This document shows, one piece after another, positions 1 through 11,170 of a DNA stretch of 64,000 nt. Origin of the DNA: Lama glama (taxonomy: Eukaryota); contig CM052817.1 of assembly GCA_028534125.1 (NCBI GenBank), forward strand, positions 21,082,001-21,146,000. Direction: 5' to 3'. Both the position numbers and the translations under genes were made by a program. The notes under the pieces are model-generated. The model was not told where the DNA came from and searched no databases. It worked only from the letters and a program-made list of their open reading frames with translations. Position 1 is the first letter of the stretch. Each line of letters starts with the position of its first letter.

Positions 1-375
1 CTGGGCCACTTGATTTCTTGAATAAGAATTCAACCAATGTCACCACAATAAGAGATCTTAGAGAAGGATTAGATATTTAAAGGAAGGCTAAACACTACCA
101 TAATTTAATTATTGCTTTATTCTCAAATATTTATAGACCATCTACGCTGATGTACTAGAGATATAACTGTAAATACAACAAAGATCCTGTCCTCAATTTA
201 GTATAAAACCCACTAGAGTTAGCACTTATTTAAACAGTGCATTGTAAAGTTGATATTGAAAGTGTTTTTACAAGCCCACTGAGAAGCACATAAATTTTTC
301 TGACCCATATAGATGAAAGGACCCAGGGAAGGAAATTCAAAAGAAACAGTAGGTGTATCTGATGATGTAACAGGG

Positions 376-563
376 AAAATACTGCTGCAATATTTGTCAG
401 AGAATGTTTTACCTATGTTCTCTTCTAGGAGTTTTATGGTGTCATGTCTCACATTTAAGTCTTTAAGCCATTTCGAGTTTATTTTTGTGTGTAGTGTGAG
501 GGAGTGTTCTAACTTCATGGATTTACACGCAGCTGTCCAGCCTTCCCAACACCACTTGCTGAA
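376..563 (-). mobile_element. LINE-1 ORF2 internal fragment
   Basis: Minus-strand translation [41 protein letters not shown] is typical of the L1 ORF2p C-terminal region. Confidence 0.93.
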
Positions 564-589
564 TTGTTCTTTTGTCTTTCACTTTTTAC

Positions 590-668
590 TACACAAAATA
601 GGTTTCCTAATAAACTAGTCTACTTAGCTTTGGTTCAGTGTCTGCTTCTGGGAGAACCCTAGGTAAAT
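590..668 (+). mobile_element. 3' end of an old ERVL-type LTR (LTR16/33/41-like)
   Basis: aataaacta...gtgtctgcttctgggagaaccc resembles the polyA/U5 end of ERVL LTRs. Confidence 0.45.
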
Positions 669-842
669 TAGTGGATGTGTCTTATTAGAGTAAGAGTGCT
701 TATTTCTAGGTGATGACTTTTTCTTAACTAGCACTCTATCTGGAGGTTCTCTATACCTGAAAAGGTATATATAGCATTGGTTTTTATTTGTTTTACTTTT
801 AATGATTAAACAGCATTAAGCTGAGCAGCCTTGTCCACCTTT

Positions 843-1561
843 CAGTATGGAGATTTCTTAAAAAACTAAAAATAGACTTACCATATGATCCAGCAATACC
901 ACTCCTGGGCCTATACTCAGAAAAGAGGAAAACTCTAATTTGAAAAGGTACACATGCAACCCAGTGTTCATAGCAGCACTGTTTACAATAGCCAAAACAT
1001 GGAAGCAACCTAAGTGTCTGTCGACAGATGAATGGTTAAAAAGATGTAAGATGTAGTATACACACACACACACACACGTATATGTATATATACACAATGG
1101 AATACTACTCAACCATAAAAAGAATGAAATATTGCCATTTGCAGCAACATGATTGGGCCTAGAGATTATCATACTAAGTAAATTAAGCCAGACAAAAATA
1201 GACAAATATATCACTTATATGTGGAATCTGAAAAATAATACAAATGAACTTATTTACAAAGCAGAAACAGACTCACAGACATAGAAAGCAAACTTATGGT
1301 CACCAAAGGGGAAAGTAGGGGAAGGGATAAATTAGGTGTATGAGGTTAACAGATACATATCACTACATATAAAAATATATAAACAACAAGGGTTTACTGT
1401 ATAGCACAGGGAACTATATCCAATTTCTTGTAATAACCTATAATGGAAAAGAATTTTTAAAAGAATACATATATATGTAAATATCACTGAATCACTTTGC
1501 TGTATATTAAAATTAACACAATATTGTAAATCAACTATAACTCAATTAAAAAAAAAAAAAA
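843..1561 (+). mobile_element. 5'-truncated LINE-1 (ORF2 end, 3'UTR, polyA), cetartiodactyl type, with internal (CA)n
   Basis: cagtatggagatttcttaaaaaactaaaaatagacttaccatatgatccagcaat...atggaatactactc...ctgtatagcacagggaactata...aactataactcaatt followed by an A-tail. Confidence 0.96.
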
Positions 1562-1564
1562 GAA

Positions 1565-1865
1565 CCAACACACAATATGCGAGGAATTACTGTCGGCCAC
1601 CTGCAGGTGCCCATTGCTCAATCTCACAGAAAGTTTTGAGAAGTGTAATGCATCCCAAAACTCTTTGCCCAGGGGACAGCAGAGGGGAGCATTTATCTTG
1701 GCTTCTGTCCCCCACTGGTCAAGGGTTAACACCTCTGCACTTGTGGGTGCACGTGCTAGAGCACTAGAGGACGTTCCACGTGGCAGCGTCAGAACAATTG
1801 CCCAAGATAGGAGGTGAGAGGGACTGGGTGCTAGTAAGAGACAGCCAAGTGTCAGCTACACGCAG
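1565..1865 (-). mobile_element. possible old ERVL-type LTR fragment
   Basis: GC-richer block with ggggacagcagaggggagcatttatc, reminiscent of old ERVL LTRs; family uncertain. Confidence 0.3.
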
Positions 1866-4239
1866 CTCCTCAAAGCTGTTCAAAATGGTTGCTAGAGTGG
1901 TGATCAATAAGAGCTCTCCTGTGCTCCCACATACATTCTTAAAAGATGATTTTAAGAGGCCTCTATATTTCCATACTAGTTGGATGTCTAGTAGAAATTA
2001 CACAGAAAAGACAACTCTGTGACAGTGTTTCACTTCTCATCAATTGCTGACACCACTTCATATACTCACAAGTTCTGTGTGGTAAGTCTACCCTGTCACA
2101 ACAATCTGGATACAGACTGCAACTTGTGGGCAAGGTGAGATGCATGCTGTCTCCTCCTAGCTCAGGACTAACCTTGGCCTCACCAAAGGGTTTTGGCTGG
2201 AAAATAGTTGTGTCCCTGAAGCGCGTTTCTGGCCTTGACTCTGCCCCAAGAGAGGATGCTTCTGCCAGGACCTAAGCACTTCTCTTTCTCTCCTCTTCCC
2301 CCTAATGCATTTTCATCTTAAACTTCTTTGCAGGAATCATTAACATGTCTGCTAGTCAGTGTTTAAGAAAATGTTTGTCAAGATCTCTAAAGTTATTACT
2401 TTTTTTTTTCCTTTCCTTTTGGAAGAAAAAAATGACAGTTTTTCAGGATACGAAAAAGAGAGGGTATTCATGTGGAAGGGTAATTCCTGTGAGAGCGGAT
2501 GAGACTAATCTTCCTTGAATGCTCATGACTCCTTATAACAAGGACTGAAACCATTCTCTTTTCAAATGGATTTCTCTAATTGAAATAGCCTATTAGTTGA
2601 ATGGCAATTGTGATGTCTGTAACTTTCTTGATTTTCAAGCTTATAGTGAGCCCCGTTTATTCTCTGAAATATTATTTCCTCATTTCATGTTAGAGAGAGG
2701 AACACTGCAATACAGATTCAGTGAAAGAAAAATAAATTCACCTCCATTGTTTACAGATTGAAAATAAAATTGAACTGTAGATGGTCGTATTATATATTTT
2801 TATTTTCAGTATCAACTGCAGAATATCTGGATTTGCAATGCTGCTGCATCTACAGAAAATATAATAGCAATAGTGAAAAAAATAAGAACTGTCATTTTCC
2901 TGCTATCTGGAAAGCATGCCAAATCAGAGGGCAGCTGCCAGAATTTATCTTCCTTTAAGACTATTCCACTTGTTAAAGAAATTCATAAAATTGGTTACAT
3001 CCCAGTGCACTGAATGCCGCGCTGCTCATGTCATTTGAGAGATTGTGCAAAACAGTAGCAAGTACATTTTACACTTGACTCCCATTTCACTACTGCCAAA
3101 CCATCAGTTGTGTGTTATTTATAGCTTTTAATGCAATAGATTTAATGCAGTGCGATTCTAGTTATTTCTGGAGCTCATGCCTTATTTGGTTTAACACGCT
3201 ATTTTTTTTTCTCTCCCTCCCTTTTTCTATTCCTCAGAAAGGATCAAAAGCATAACAAGTGTATTCAAAGAAGAGCTTTTTGAAGGTCTCACCTTAAAAC
3301 CTTGGTACTCCCACAGTGGATAACCTCCGATTTCACTTCACTGCCATGGTAGCAAAAAAATGAGTCTTTTTACAGTCTTCAAAGGAATTCTAACAGCCCT
3401 CTTTTTAACTTTGATTCTTTGTATTCCTACTTGGTTTTAGAGTAAAGGAAGAGCAGAAATCCTCTTATATTCTGCAGAAAGCCCATACTAGAGATTATAA
3501 GAAAATTTAATAAGTTGAATACTATATTTTGATAAATAAAAGGGATTACATTTTTTCTAATAGAGATACTTAATTATTCCATACATACATTTTCTTTTAA
3601 AAACCTTATCTTTTCATGAGAATTCATCCATAAAACTTTAAAAATTGAATATGGGGCATATTAAGTGCCAGAAAATTCTTCTAAACTGCAAGTCTGTGCA
3701 GCCACCACCACATCTCACACAAGCATACAACATTTAGGGAAGTGACTGCCTTTGCTCACTCTGTGCCACCAAGTCTATTCTTGGATACCTCCATCCTGCC
3801 TTCATCAGTCAGTTCTCTTTAGGGCCAAATAGACGTAACACTAACCTAAATTAGTTCACTATCACTGTAAAGGAATAGTTTGAGTACACATCCCTGAACA
3901 AAGCAACCCAACATAATTAAATAACTTTGGAACCAAAGTAAATTTTGTTTTAGACATGAGTTGTCCACCCTTTTGCAAGCATATGACCCGATCAATTTTT
4001 TCTTACTCTTTAAATCTTTCATGTTCAAGGGCTCAATGTTATATCAACAATAAAAATTAAAACAACCTTTTTGAATTCTTACTGTGTGCCTAGCACTGTT
4101 ATAACTAGATTAAATACAAAATTGTTTATAATAGATTAAGTGTACAACTTGCGCAGGTTTTTACCTATGTATTAATGCTCCAAATCCACTCATGAAGATG
4201 AATAATTCTGTGCGCCTACCTCTTACGTTTATGGTGAAA

Positions 4240-4470
4240 GTTTGGGAATCAGTAAATCTGAGTTAATATTTTGAATCTCCAATTTGCTAGACAGATTTCC
4301 CTGAGCACACTTCCTGAACTCTCTGAATCTGTCCTTTCATTTGCAACGTGTAGATGTGGGAGTATGTGGCTGTTACTATCTTCACAGACTAGTTGCAGAA
4401 TTAGGTGAATGAACATATTTAATGCCCTCGGTATAGTGCTTACTATTTAGTAAGCAGTTCATAATGGGAA
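4240..4470 (+). mobile_element. MIR SINE
   Basis: ctctctgaatctgtcctttcatttgcaa...gttgcagaattaggtgaatgaacatatttaatgcc...tagtaagcagttcataa follows the MIR core and tail. Confidence 0.7.
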
Positions 4471-4575
4471 GTGACTACTAATGCTTGTTTCAACTCATTG
4501 TTTCACTTGTTCATTCATTATTTCAGGACACTGTAATTTTCAATTTAAAAGATACTGCCTTTCTGCCAATCTCAC

Positions 4576-4609
4576 ATATTTGAAATATATATATATTTGA
4601 AATATATAT
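4576..4609 (+). repeat. 17-bp perfect tandem duplication
   Basis: atatttgaaatatatat occurs twice head to tail (4576-4592, 4593-4609). Confidence 0.85.
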
Positions 4610-5968
4610 ATAAATTTTTTGAAATACTTGTAATTCAAGAGGGAAAAATCATGTACATTTTCAGTGGCTATTTGATGGCAGTGTTTATAAAGCTCTTTGT
4701 GGTCTGGTAGTGGGAATAATGTCTACTGCTAGTCCCTTCTCCTGCTTTCTACAAGGTCACTACTTTTGAGTCTTCAATGTCTTCTAGTATTTTTTTTTCT
4801 CAAGTCACTATTTAATTTTATCCCCCTTCAGGTAACCATATATAGTCATTCATGAAAAAAGCCACCTTATTCCTTCTGCTTATTTTTAACTGATTTTTTT
4901 TGAAGTGAGTGTCATTTTTATGCCCCCAAACATATGTATTCTAGAATTCAAATTTTAAACATTTGAGCTGAAATTATAATATTAGGAATAGTTTTTGTAT
5001 AAGTATTATAGATGCTTCTGCAGGAAGTCACTCATGTTTGTAGGAATCACCAAAGAGTCTCAACAATTTGGCAACTGACTTAGAATTTCACATCCTAAAA
5101 TATTCACAGTATTTAAGTACTGCCACCTATTTTGTTCATTAAAAAATTAAAAGCTAATACTTTTTATAACTCAAATATTTTGAGTAGGATTGTTATTTCA
5201 ATATATTTTAGAATGGGATGTAAAATAATTGTTTAGTCACTCACAGAAGAGAGTTGGAAGCCAACTGAAAACACAGCTTCATAAAATTGCAGGGCTGAAA
5301 AATTTTGCAGACCATAGATTGGAGGCTAGATTTTATGCTGAGGCAGGTCAGGTGTGTAAACTCATTAGTATTGACTCTGTTATGGATGCTGGTTCCACAA
5401 CTTTGACATGGAAAAGCATTTTCTACCTCTTTTTTATTGTCAAAATTCATGAAATAATATATAGAAAGGATACATAAAAGTAGTAAATAGAATATGTTTT
5501 TCTTGTTCAGTAGTTGAGAATTTTCAGCTACAAGGTTTATAAAGCGTGGCGCAACATTTTAGTGACTTCATTAATTAGTCGCATGTAGTAAACTATTCAA
5601 TTTTTCTTCCTTTTAACTTCATTGCTATGCTTGCCAGAAAATAAGTTACTTACTTTTTATTACTTTACATTTCATAGATATCTTTCTTTTTCCTAATTTG
5701 GGTGTTTTTAATTCTATGCTAAAAAATCAAACAAATAATGGTCAAGCTACAATATATTACCTTTATGAATGTACTTGATTGACTTTTATCCCTCAGTCAA
5801 TTTCAATACTAACTCAAATTAATGAATGTGCTAATCAAATCTTTAGAGAGATTCTTACAGTCCTGAAATTCCATGTTTGAAAATCTTATGGGATTTTCCA
5901 CATAGAATAGTTAAAACAAACTAACATTCTGCCTTATAATTTTAAAACTGCTAAGTTTGAAATGAACA

Positions 5969-6145
5969 ATTTCCTTGTTTGAATAAAATTACTCTTTGAC
6001 TGCAGAAAGAGGTCCTAAAAAAACCACTTATAATATAATATATATAATATAATATAATATATATATATTATATTATAAGTGGTTATAAGTGGTTTTTTTA
6101 GGACCTCTTTCTGCAGTCAAAGAGTAATTTTATTCAAACAAGGAA

Positions 6146-6147
<2 letters not shown>
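5969..6147. repeat. long inverted repeat (65-bp perfect arms, AT-rich spacer)
   Basis: 5969-6033 is the exact reverse complement of 6083-6147. Confidence 0.97.

Positions 6148-6180
<33 letters not shown>
6146..6180. repeat. (TA)n microsatellite
   Basis: near-perfect TA run directly after the right arm of the palindrome. Confidence 0.9.
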
Positions 6181-6185
<5 letters not shown>

Positions 6186-6664
6186 AAATGAAATAGGAAT
6201 TATTGTTGCTATTCTAACAAAAATGCAATGAGAATCAAAAGAAAAGTGATGAGTTATTTTGGCCAAGAAAAATGGCATGTGAGTTGGACCTGAAGATGGG
6301 AAACAACAGTAACCAAACAGTAAATAAGAAAACTCCCAGAGTAGAAGGGGTAAAAATTATCTGGTTGTGTTAAGAGTTTGCTAGGTCATAGCACACTAGC
6401 TATTCCCACCTGTTGGAGCTGGATTGCAATAAAAGTTTAGATTTATCATACAGACTATAGACTATAAAAAAAAAAGCAATGTTTGTATAGAAGAGCGGTA
6501 TTTTTGGTATTACGCTTTATAAGTTAGACGGAGCAAGAGTGAGTAAGAAATACAGGCATGAGAAGAAATGGAAAGAAAAAAGGAACAATGAAGGCACTCC
6601 TTAATAAACAATAATGAATTATTTGGCAAAATAATTAATGAAAAGTGTGGAAGAAGGACGATGC

Positions 6665-7164
6665 NNNNNNNNNNNNNNNNNNNNNNNNNNNNNNNNNNNN
6701 NNNNNNNNNNNNNNNNNNNNNNNNNNNNNNNNNNNNNNNNNNNNNNNNNNNNNNNNNNNNNNNNNNNNNNNNNNNNNNNNNNNNNNNNNNNNNNNNNNNN
6801 NNNNNNNNNNNNNNNNNNNNNNNNNNNNNNNNNNNNNNNNNNNNNNNNNNNNNNNNNNNNNNNNNNNNNNNNNNNNNNNNNNNNNNNNNNNNNNNNNNNN
6901 NNNNNNNNNNNNNNNNNNNNNNNNNNNNNNNNNNNNNNNNNNNNNNNNNNNNNNNNNNNNNNNNNNNNNNNNNNNNNNNNNNNNNNNNNNNNNNNNNNNN
7001 NNNNNNNNNNNNNNNNNNNNNNNNNNNNNNNNNNNNNNNNNNNNNNNNNNNNNNNNNNNNNNNNNNNNNNNNNNNNNNNNNNNNNNNNNNNNNNNNNNNN
7101 NNNNNNNNNNNNNNNNNNNNNNNNNNNNNNNNNNNNNNNNNNNNNNNNNNNNNNNNNNNNNNNN
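6665..7164. other. assembly gap (500 N)
   Basis: run of N. Confidence 1.
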
Positions 7165-8155
7165 TATAAAGTTATTTTGGTACTTGTAACTGAGTTGTAT
7201 ATTTTTTTATGAAGTAACCTAAAAGTATAAAACTTTTTATGTATTAAAAAGTCAGATGTGCAGACCACTCACATTATTAAGAAAATATTGTCTATTATTA
7301 TTTTCCTTCAATGTATACCCATAATTTTATATTACATTTTCAGAAGGTTTGCTATCATTTACAATGTTGATGGTAGTGATGATGGTAATGATGTCAACAT
7401 TTATGTAGGTTGAACTGTATGCCTGGGTCTGTGCTTGGCATGCATTATATCACTGAGATACTTCACTGAGTATAATAAATATGTTTTAAAAACTTTAAAG
7501 GAGGATACATTTCATGCTAATGTTATTAGTCAGTTAGAAAACATTAGAGATGATTATCTTGGTACCAGAAGAGAGTTTTGTACTTAAGGTAAGAGTGTAA
7601 GAGCTTAAACTCTTCGATTAAACTTGTAGTTTGGAACTTGTAGTTGGAAAAGAAAACAAAAACAAAAAGATGGTTTATATGGAGCCAGTAACAACACCAA
7701 TATTTTGGTGAAGGATGAAGAATGAAGCCCCTGAACAAAAGATTGAGAAGATGTTGCCAAGGAGAAAGTGTTATCTGAGAATAAACGAGTAATCAATATG
7801 TGAACTATGTTCAAATATTAAGGATTGAAAAATGTTCATTTGATAGAACAACAGACTAATTGGGTGGATATAAGATTGCAGTGGGGATAGCAATGGAATA
7901 AAAGTCAGTTTGAACAATGATGCAAAAATTTTGACTTTGAAAGGAACTTTTCAAGGTAAATCAGAGTAAGTCAGAACCAGGAAATGAAACAAAAAATACA
8001 GGGTTGAAAGAGTTTGATTTTAGATGAGAAAACAATTGGGGCACACTTAGATGCTACTGCAAAGATGCTGGGAAGAATGAGAAGCTACAAAAAAGTCATT
8101 AATTTTTAAGGCAAGATATCTGAATTGCAGGGGTGGACAATGGTATCCGTTAGAG

Positions 8156-8232
8156 CAGTGGTTCTCAACTGGGAACCATACCTGCCCCCCACCCCCACCT
8201 TCTAGAAGCACTTCAGATTGTCACAACCAGGA
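8156..8232 (+). mobile_element. MER20-like hAT-Charlie DNA transposon 5' fragment
   Basis: cagtggttctcaactggg...tgcccccc...ttgtcacaac resembles the MER20 5' end. Confidence 0.65.
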
Positions 8233-9181
8233 AGCCATCAAATGACATTAATGGTAAAAGACTGTAGAATAAAGACACCTACAAATAAATTTAAAAAAAT
8301 AGAAAAGTAGTTAAGAAAATATATGAAGATTGACAGATGATACTGAAAGCCAGTTGAGGTTGTTAACTATGAATTTACTGGAAGTTTATATGTATTTCAA
8401 AACTACCCAGAAATCCTGATGGGTGATTTAAGAAGACTGGTTGATAGGGTCCCATTTGAAGACTTTTTTACAGGCATGAAATAGAAGGTAAGGCTAGGTA
8501 AGAGTAATCATATCATAAAGTTAAGCCATACGGATGGTGAATTGAGATAAAGATACAGATGAAAGGTGGAAAGAAAGACAGGTCAACAGACTGGTATCAA
8601 TCTGGTATACTGGGATTAATGGGTGACTATTATTATTTAAAGTTTATTAGCTTTTTGATAATGACTCTTTAGATTGTGTTATGCTTCCAAATGATTTTTT
8701 TAAATTGTATGATTTATTAGTGATTTGGCTCATTTTGATTCATTCATATCATTTTCCCAATGACTCATGACATATTATGAAATTTATATTTTATATACAT
8801 TATATACATTTTATATGATATATTTTAATAATAATACAGGAATAAATTCAATCAAGTTTGGTAAATATAGTCTTTAGCACATTTGTCTATACAAATTACT
8901 CAAATACATTTTGAATATTCATATTACACAGTTAATGTTTGTCAAAAAAGTTAAATAATAAAAAGAGAAAAACAAAATCAAATTTTGAGAACAGGGAAGT
9001 TTTTTCTTTCTTTTTCATCTTCTTAAAAATTGCAATTTAAGTGACAAAGAAAATTTGAATAACATATACCTGGGATTGTCAGGCAGGAGGAGGGTATTGA
9101 GATAGGAAAGCACTGACCGTATTCAAATATTCTGGTATATTGTCCTTCAACTTTTTTTTGAGGGCTGACTATCACTTGCAC

Positions 9182-9465
9182 TTTCATTCCAGAAATATTT
9201 TCTCAGCACCTGCTAGGTCCTTGGGGTGTGTCAACGAACGTGAAACAGAAAGTGCCTGCCTGAGTAGACCTTCTACTCTGGCCAGGGCAGCATGTGATAA
9301 ACAGATACGCAGTTGGATACATACCATGATATCAGATATGATGAATATTATGAGGGGAAATGAAACAAGCTAAGGAGACAGAATATGACAGAGTGGGGCC
9401 TGCTGTCTTAGATTGGTGGCTGAGGAAGGACTTTCACTGAGTGGACATCTGAAGAGAAATCTGAT
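9182..9465 (-). mobile_element. LINE-2 3' fragment
   Basis: cattccagaaatattttctcagcacctgctagg...gtgcctgcc...gaggaaggactttcactgag...catctgaagagaaatctga is the antisense L2 3' pattern. Confidence 0.75.
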
Positions 9466-9834
9466 TACCGTGTGTTGAAGATGAGAAATAAGAAACTGTT
9501 TGTAGACTCACATGGTAGTTTCTTTTACTTTTTGCCTATAAAGCTACAAAATCTCTCTACTTATCTAGCGCCACAACTTGATAGTGTCTTTTTTAACATT
9601 AAAAAAGGACTACTACTTTAGGAATCATAAACAAGAGGCATAACAGTTATCATTTAATTATTTGATTTTGAAATTTAGATTACGTTAAGTTAATGGAAGA
9701 AATTGAAAATACATATATTTAAATAGATATTTTAAACTATGAGACTGGGCAACATACATTTGGTAGGTGTTTTAGATGGTAGACATAGTTTTTCTAAGTG
9801 TGTACCATTTCTTTCTCATAATAGACATCACAAA

Positions 9835-9836
9835 GC

Positions 9837-9868
<32 letters not shown>

Positions 9869-9870
9869 AC
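9835..9870. repeat. (GT)n(GC)n compound microsatellite
   Basis: 36 bp of uninterrupted purine-pyrimidine alternation. Confidence 0.95.
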
Positions 9871-10000
9871 TTTCCAGTTTTCCTTCTTAGTACTTAAAAC
9901 TTTTCTTTGGAAATTCTAACTGCCATATTTAATTTTTAACACCCAGTAAAAGTGTCTGAAAAGTGATACCCATTAGAGAAAGAATGGTAATCTGATGACC

Positions 10001-10019
10001 GTGCTAGCAGGTGGTGCGG
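10001..10019 (+). promoter_or_regulatory. possible CTCF motif
   Basis: ctagcaggtggtgc versus core CCAGCAGGTGGCGC (2 mismatches). Confidence 0.35.
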
Positions 10020-10453
10020 TAATGAATTCTCTTTATGGAAAAGAACATTCTTAACTCTCATTTGTCCTGAGAGTTCCATTATATGAAGAGAAGTGAGATT
10101 AATCCTCTTTCGAAAAAGGAAACGATTATTAAATAATTCTTAATCTCCAGAAATAGCATCTATATATGAGTATTAAATAAAGCAAAAAACAAGAATAAGT
10201 AAATAAATTTAAAAGCTTATCACACTTCCAAAGATAATGTTCTGCATATAATCAAAACATTTTTCCCTTTTCAGTGAATCCGGTTTGTAGCCAAAATGTC
10301 TGAATACACATTGTTCTGTAACAGAAAGAAGATGAGGACGACTAAGAGACGGTTCAGGAGACTGCACAATGGGATACATTATACAGAAGAGCTGTCTCTG
10401 GCCAAGTGGAATTAATTATGTATGGGAGGTATAATATCAAAATGAGAAGGTTG

Positions 10454-11170
10454 TTCATTTGAAAAAATATATTTTATTGAGTGATTACTGTGTGCAAAGT
10501 AATGTGATAGCTAACACCAATACATTGAGATGCAGTTCCTGTTTTCATAAAGTTTATATATTTCTAAGTGCAGAGCAAAGTTATGAAGATAACTTAAACA
10601 AATTTTATGAACAAATTCTATTTATATTTAAACCATCATGATGGTCCTAGTCTAAAAACCGGATTATAGAGAAGGCTGTGCATGTGTCTGGGGTAGGTGG
10701 CGGGGCCCAGTAGATCTTTGGAAGGTGGATAAAAGATGTTTATTACAAGCTAAAAAGGCTAGGTCCCTGGACTAGTATAATGGAATCAAAATGGAAGGAA
10801 GTGCATGGATTAGAAAGATATTTTTGAGGACTTATTCATGATTTATGGAGTTAATGGAATTTCAAAGATACTGAGAAGTCAGGAATGAATCCTAGGTTTT
10901 AAGTTTGAATATGAGGTACGTGGCTATGCTTTTGATTAAAATATGGAAGACAGAAGGAAACAGGCAACTATTTGGGGGATGAAGGCAAGTGTGGTTCTAG
11001 CTTTGAAATATACAGGGTGACTGAGAGGAAGGGCTGGGAGGAAATGGAGTAGGGAGCTGGATCTTTGGAAGAGGAACTCCGGGGGTACATGGCTAGAAAC
11101 TGAAAAGCCTTTTCCTGATATGTGACTGATGTTTAGCCATTTGGTTTCCAGGATCACCTGCGGAATCACT
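10454..11170 (-). mobile_element. LINE-2 fragments
   Basis: ttcatttgaaaaaatatattttattgagtgattactgtgtgc (L2 tail, antisense) and aggaatgaatcctaggttttaagtttgaa further on. Confidence 0.65.

Noticed and set aside
376..1561. The two opposite-strand L1 pieces as one twin-primed 5'-inverted insertion
   Set aside because: They are separated by ~280 bp of non-L1 DNA, are not contiguous in L1 coordinates, and share no visible TSD.
1674..1692. CTCF-like cagcagaggggagc
   Set aside because: Imperfect core inside a probable old LTR, no supporting context.
5969..6147. MITE or miRNA gene
   Set aside because: No TSD, termini unlike transposon TIRs I know, and no evidence of transcription; kept only as an inverted duplication.
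10275..10428. Coding exon after the acceptor-like ttttcccttttcag
   Set aside because: Stops occur early in all three frames and the donor is weak.
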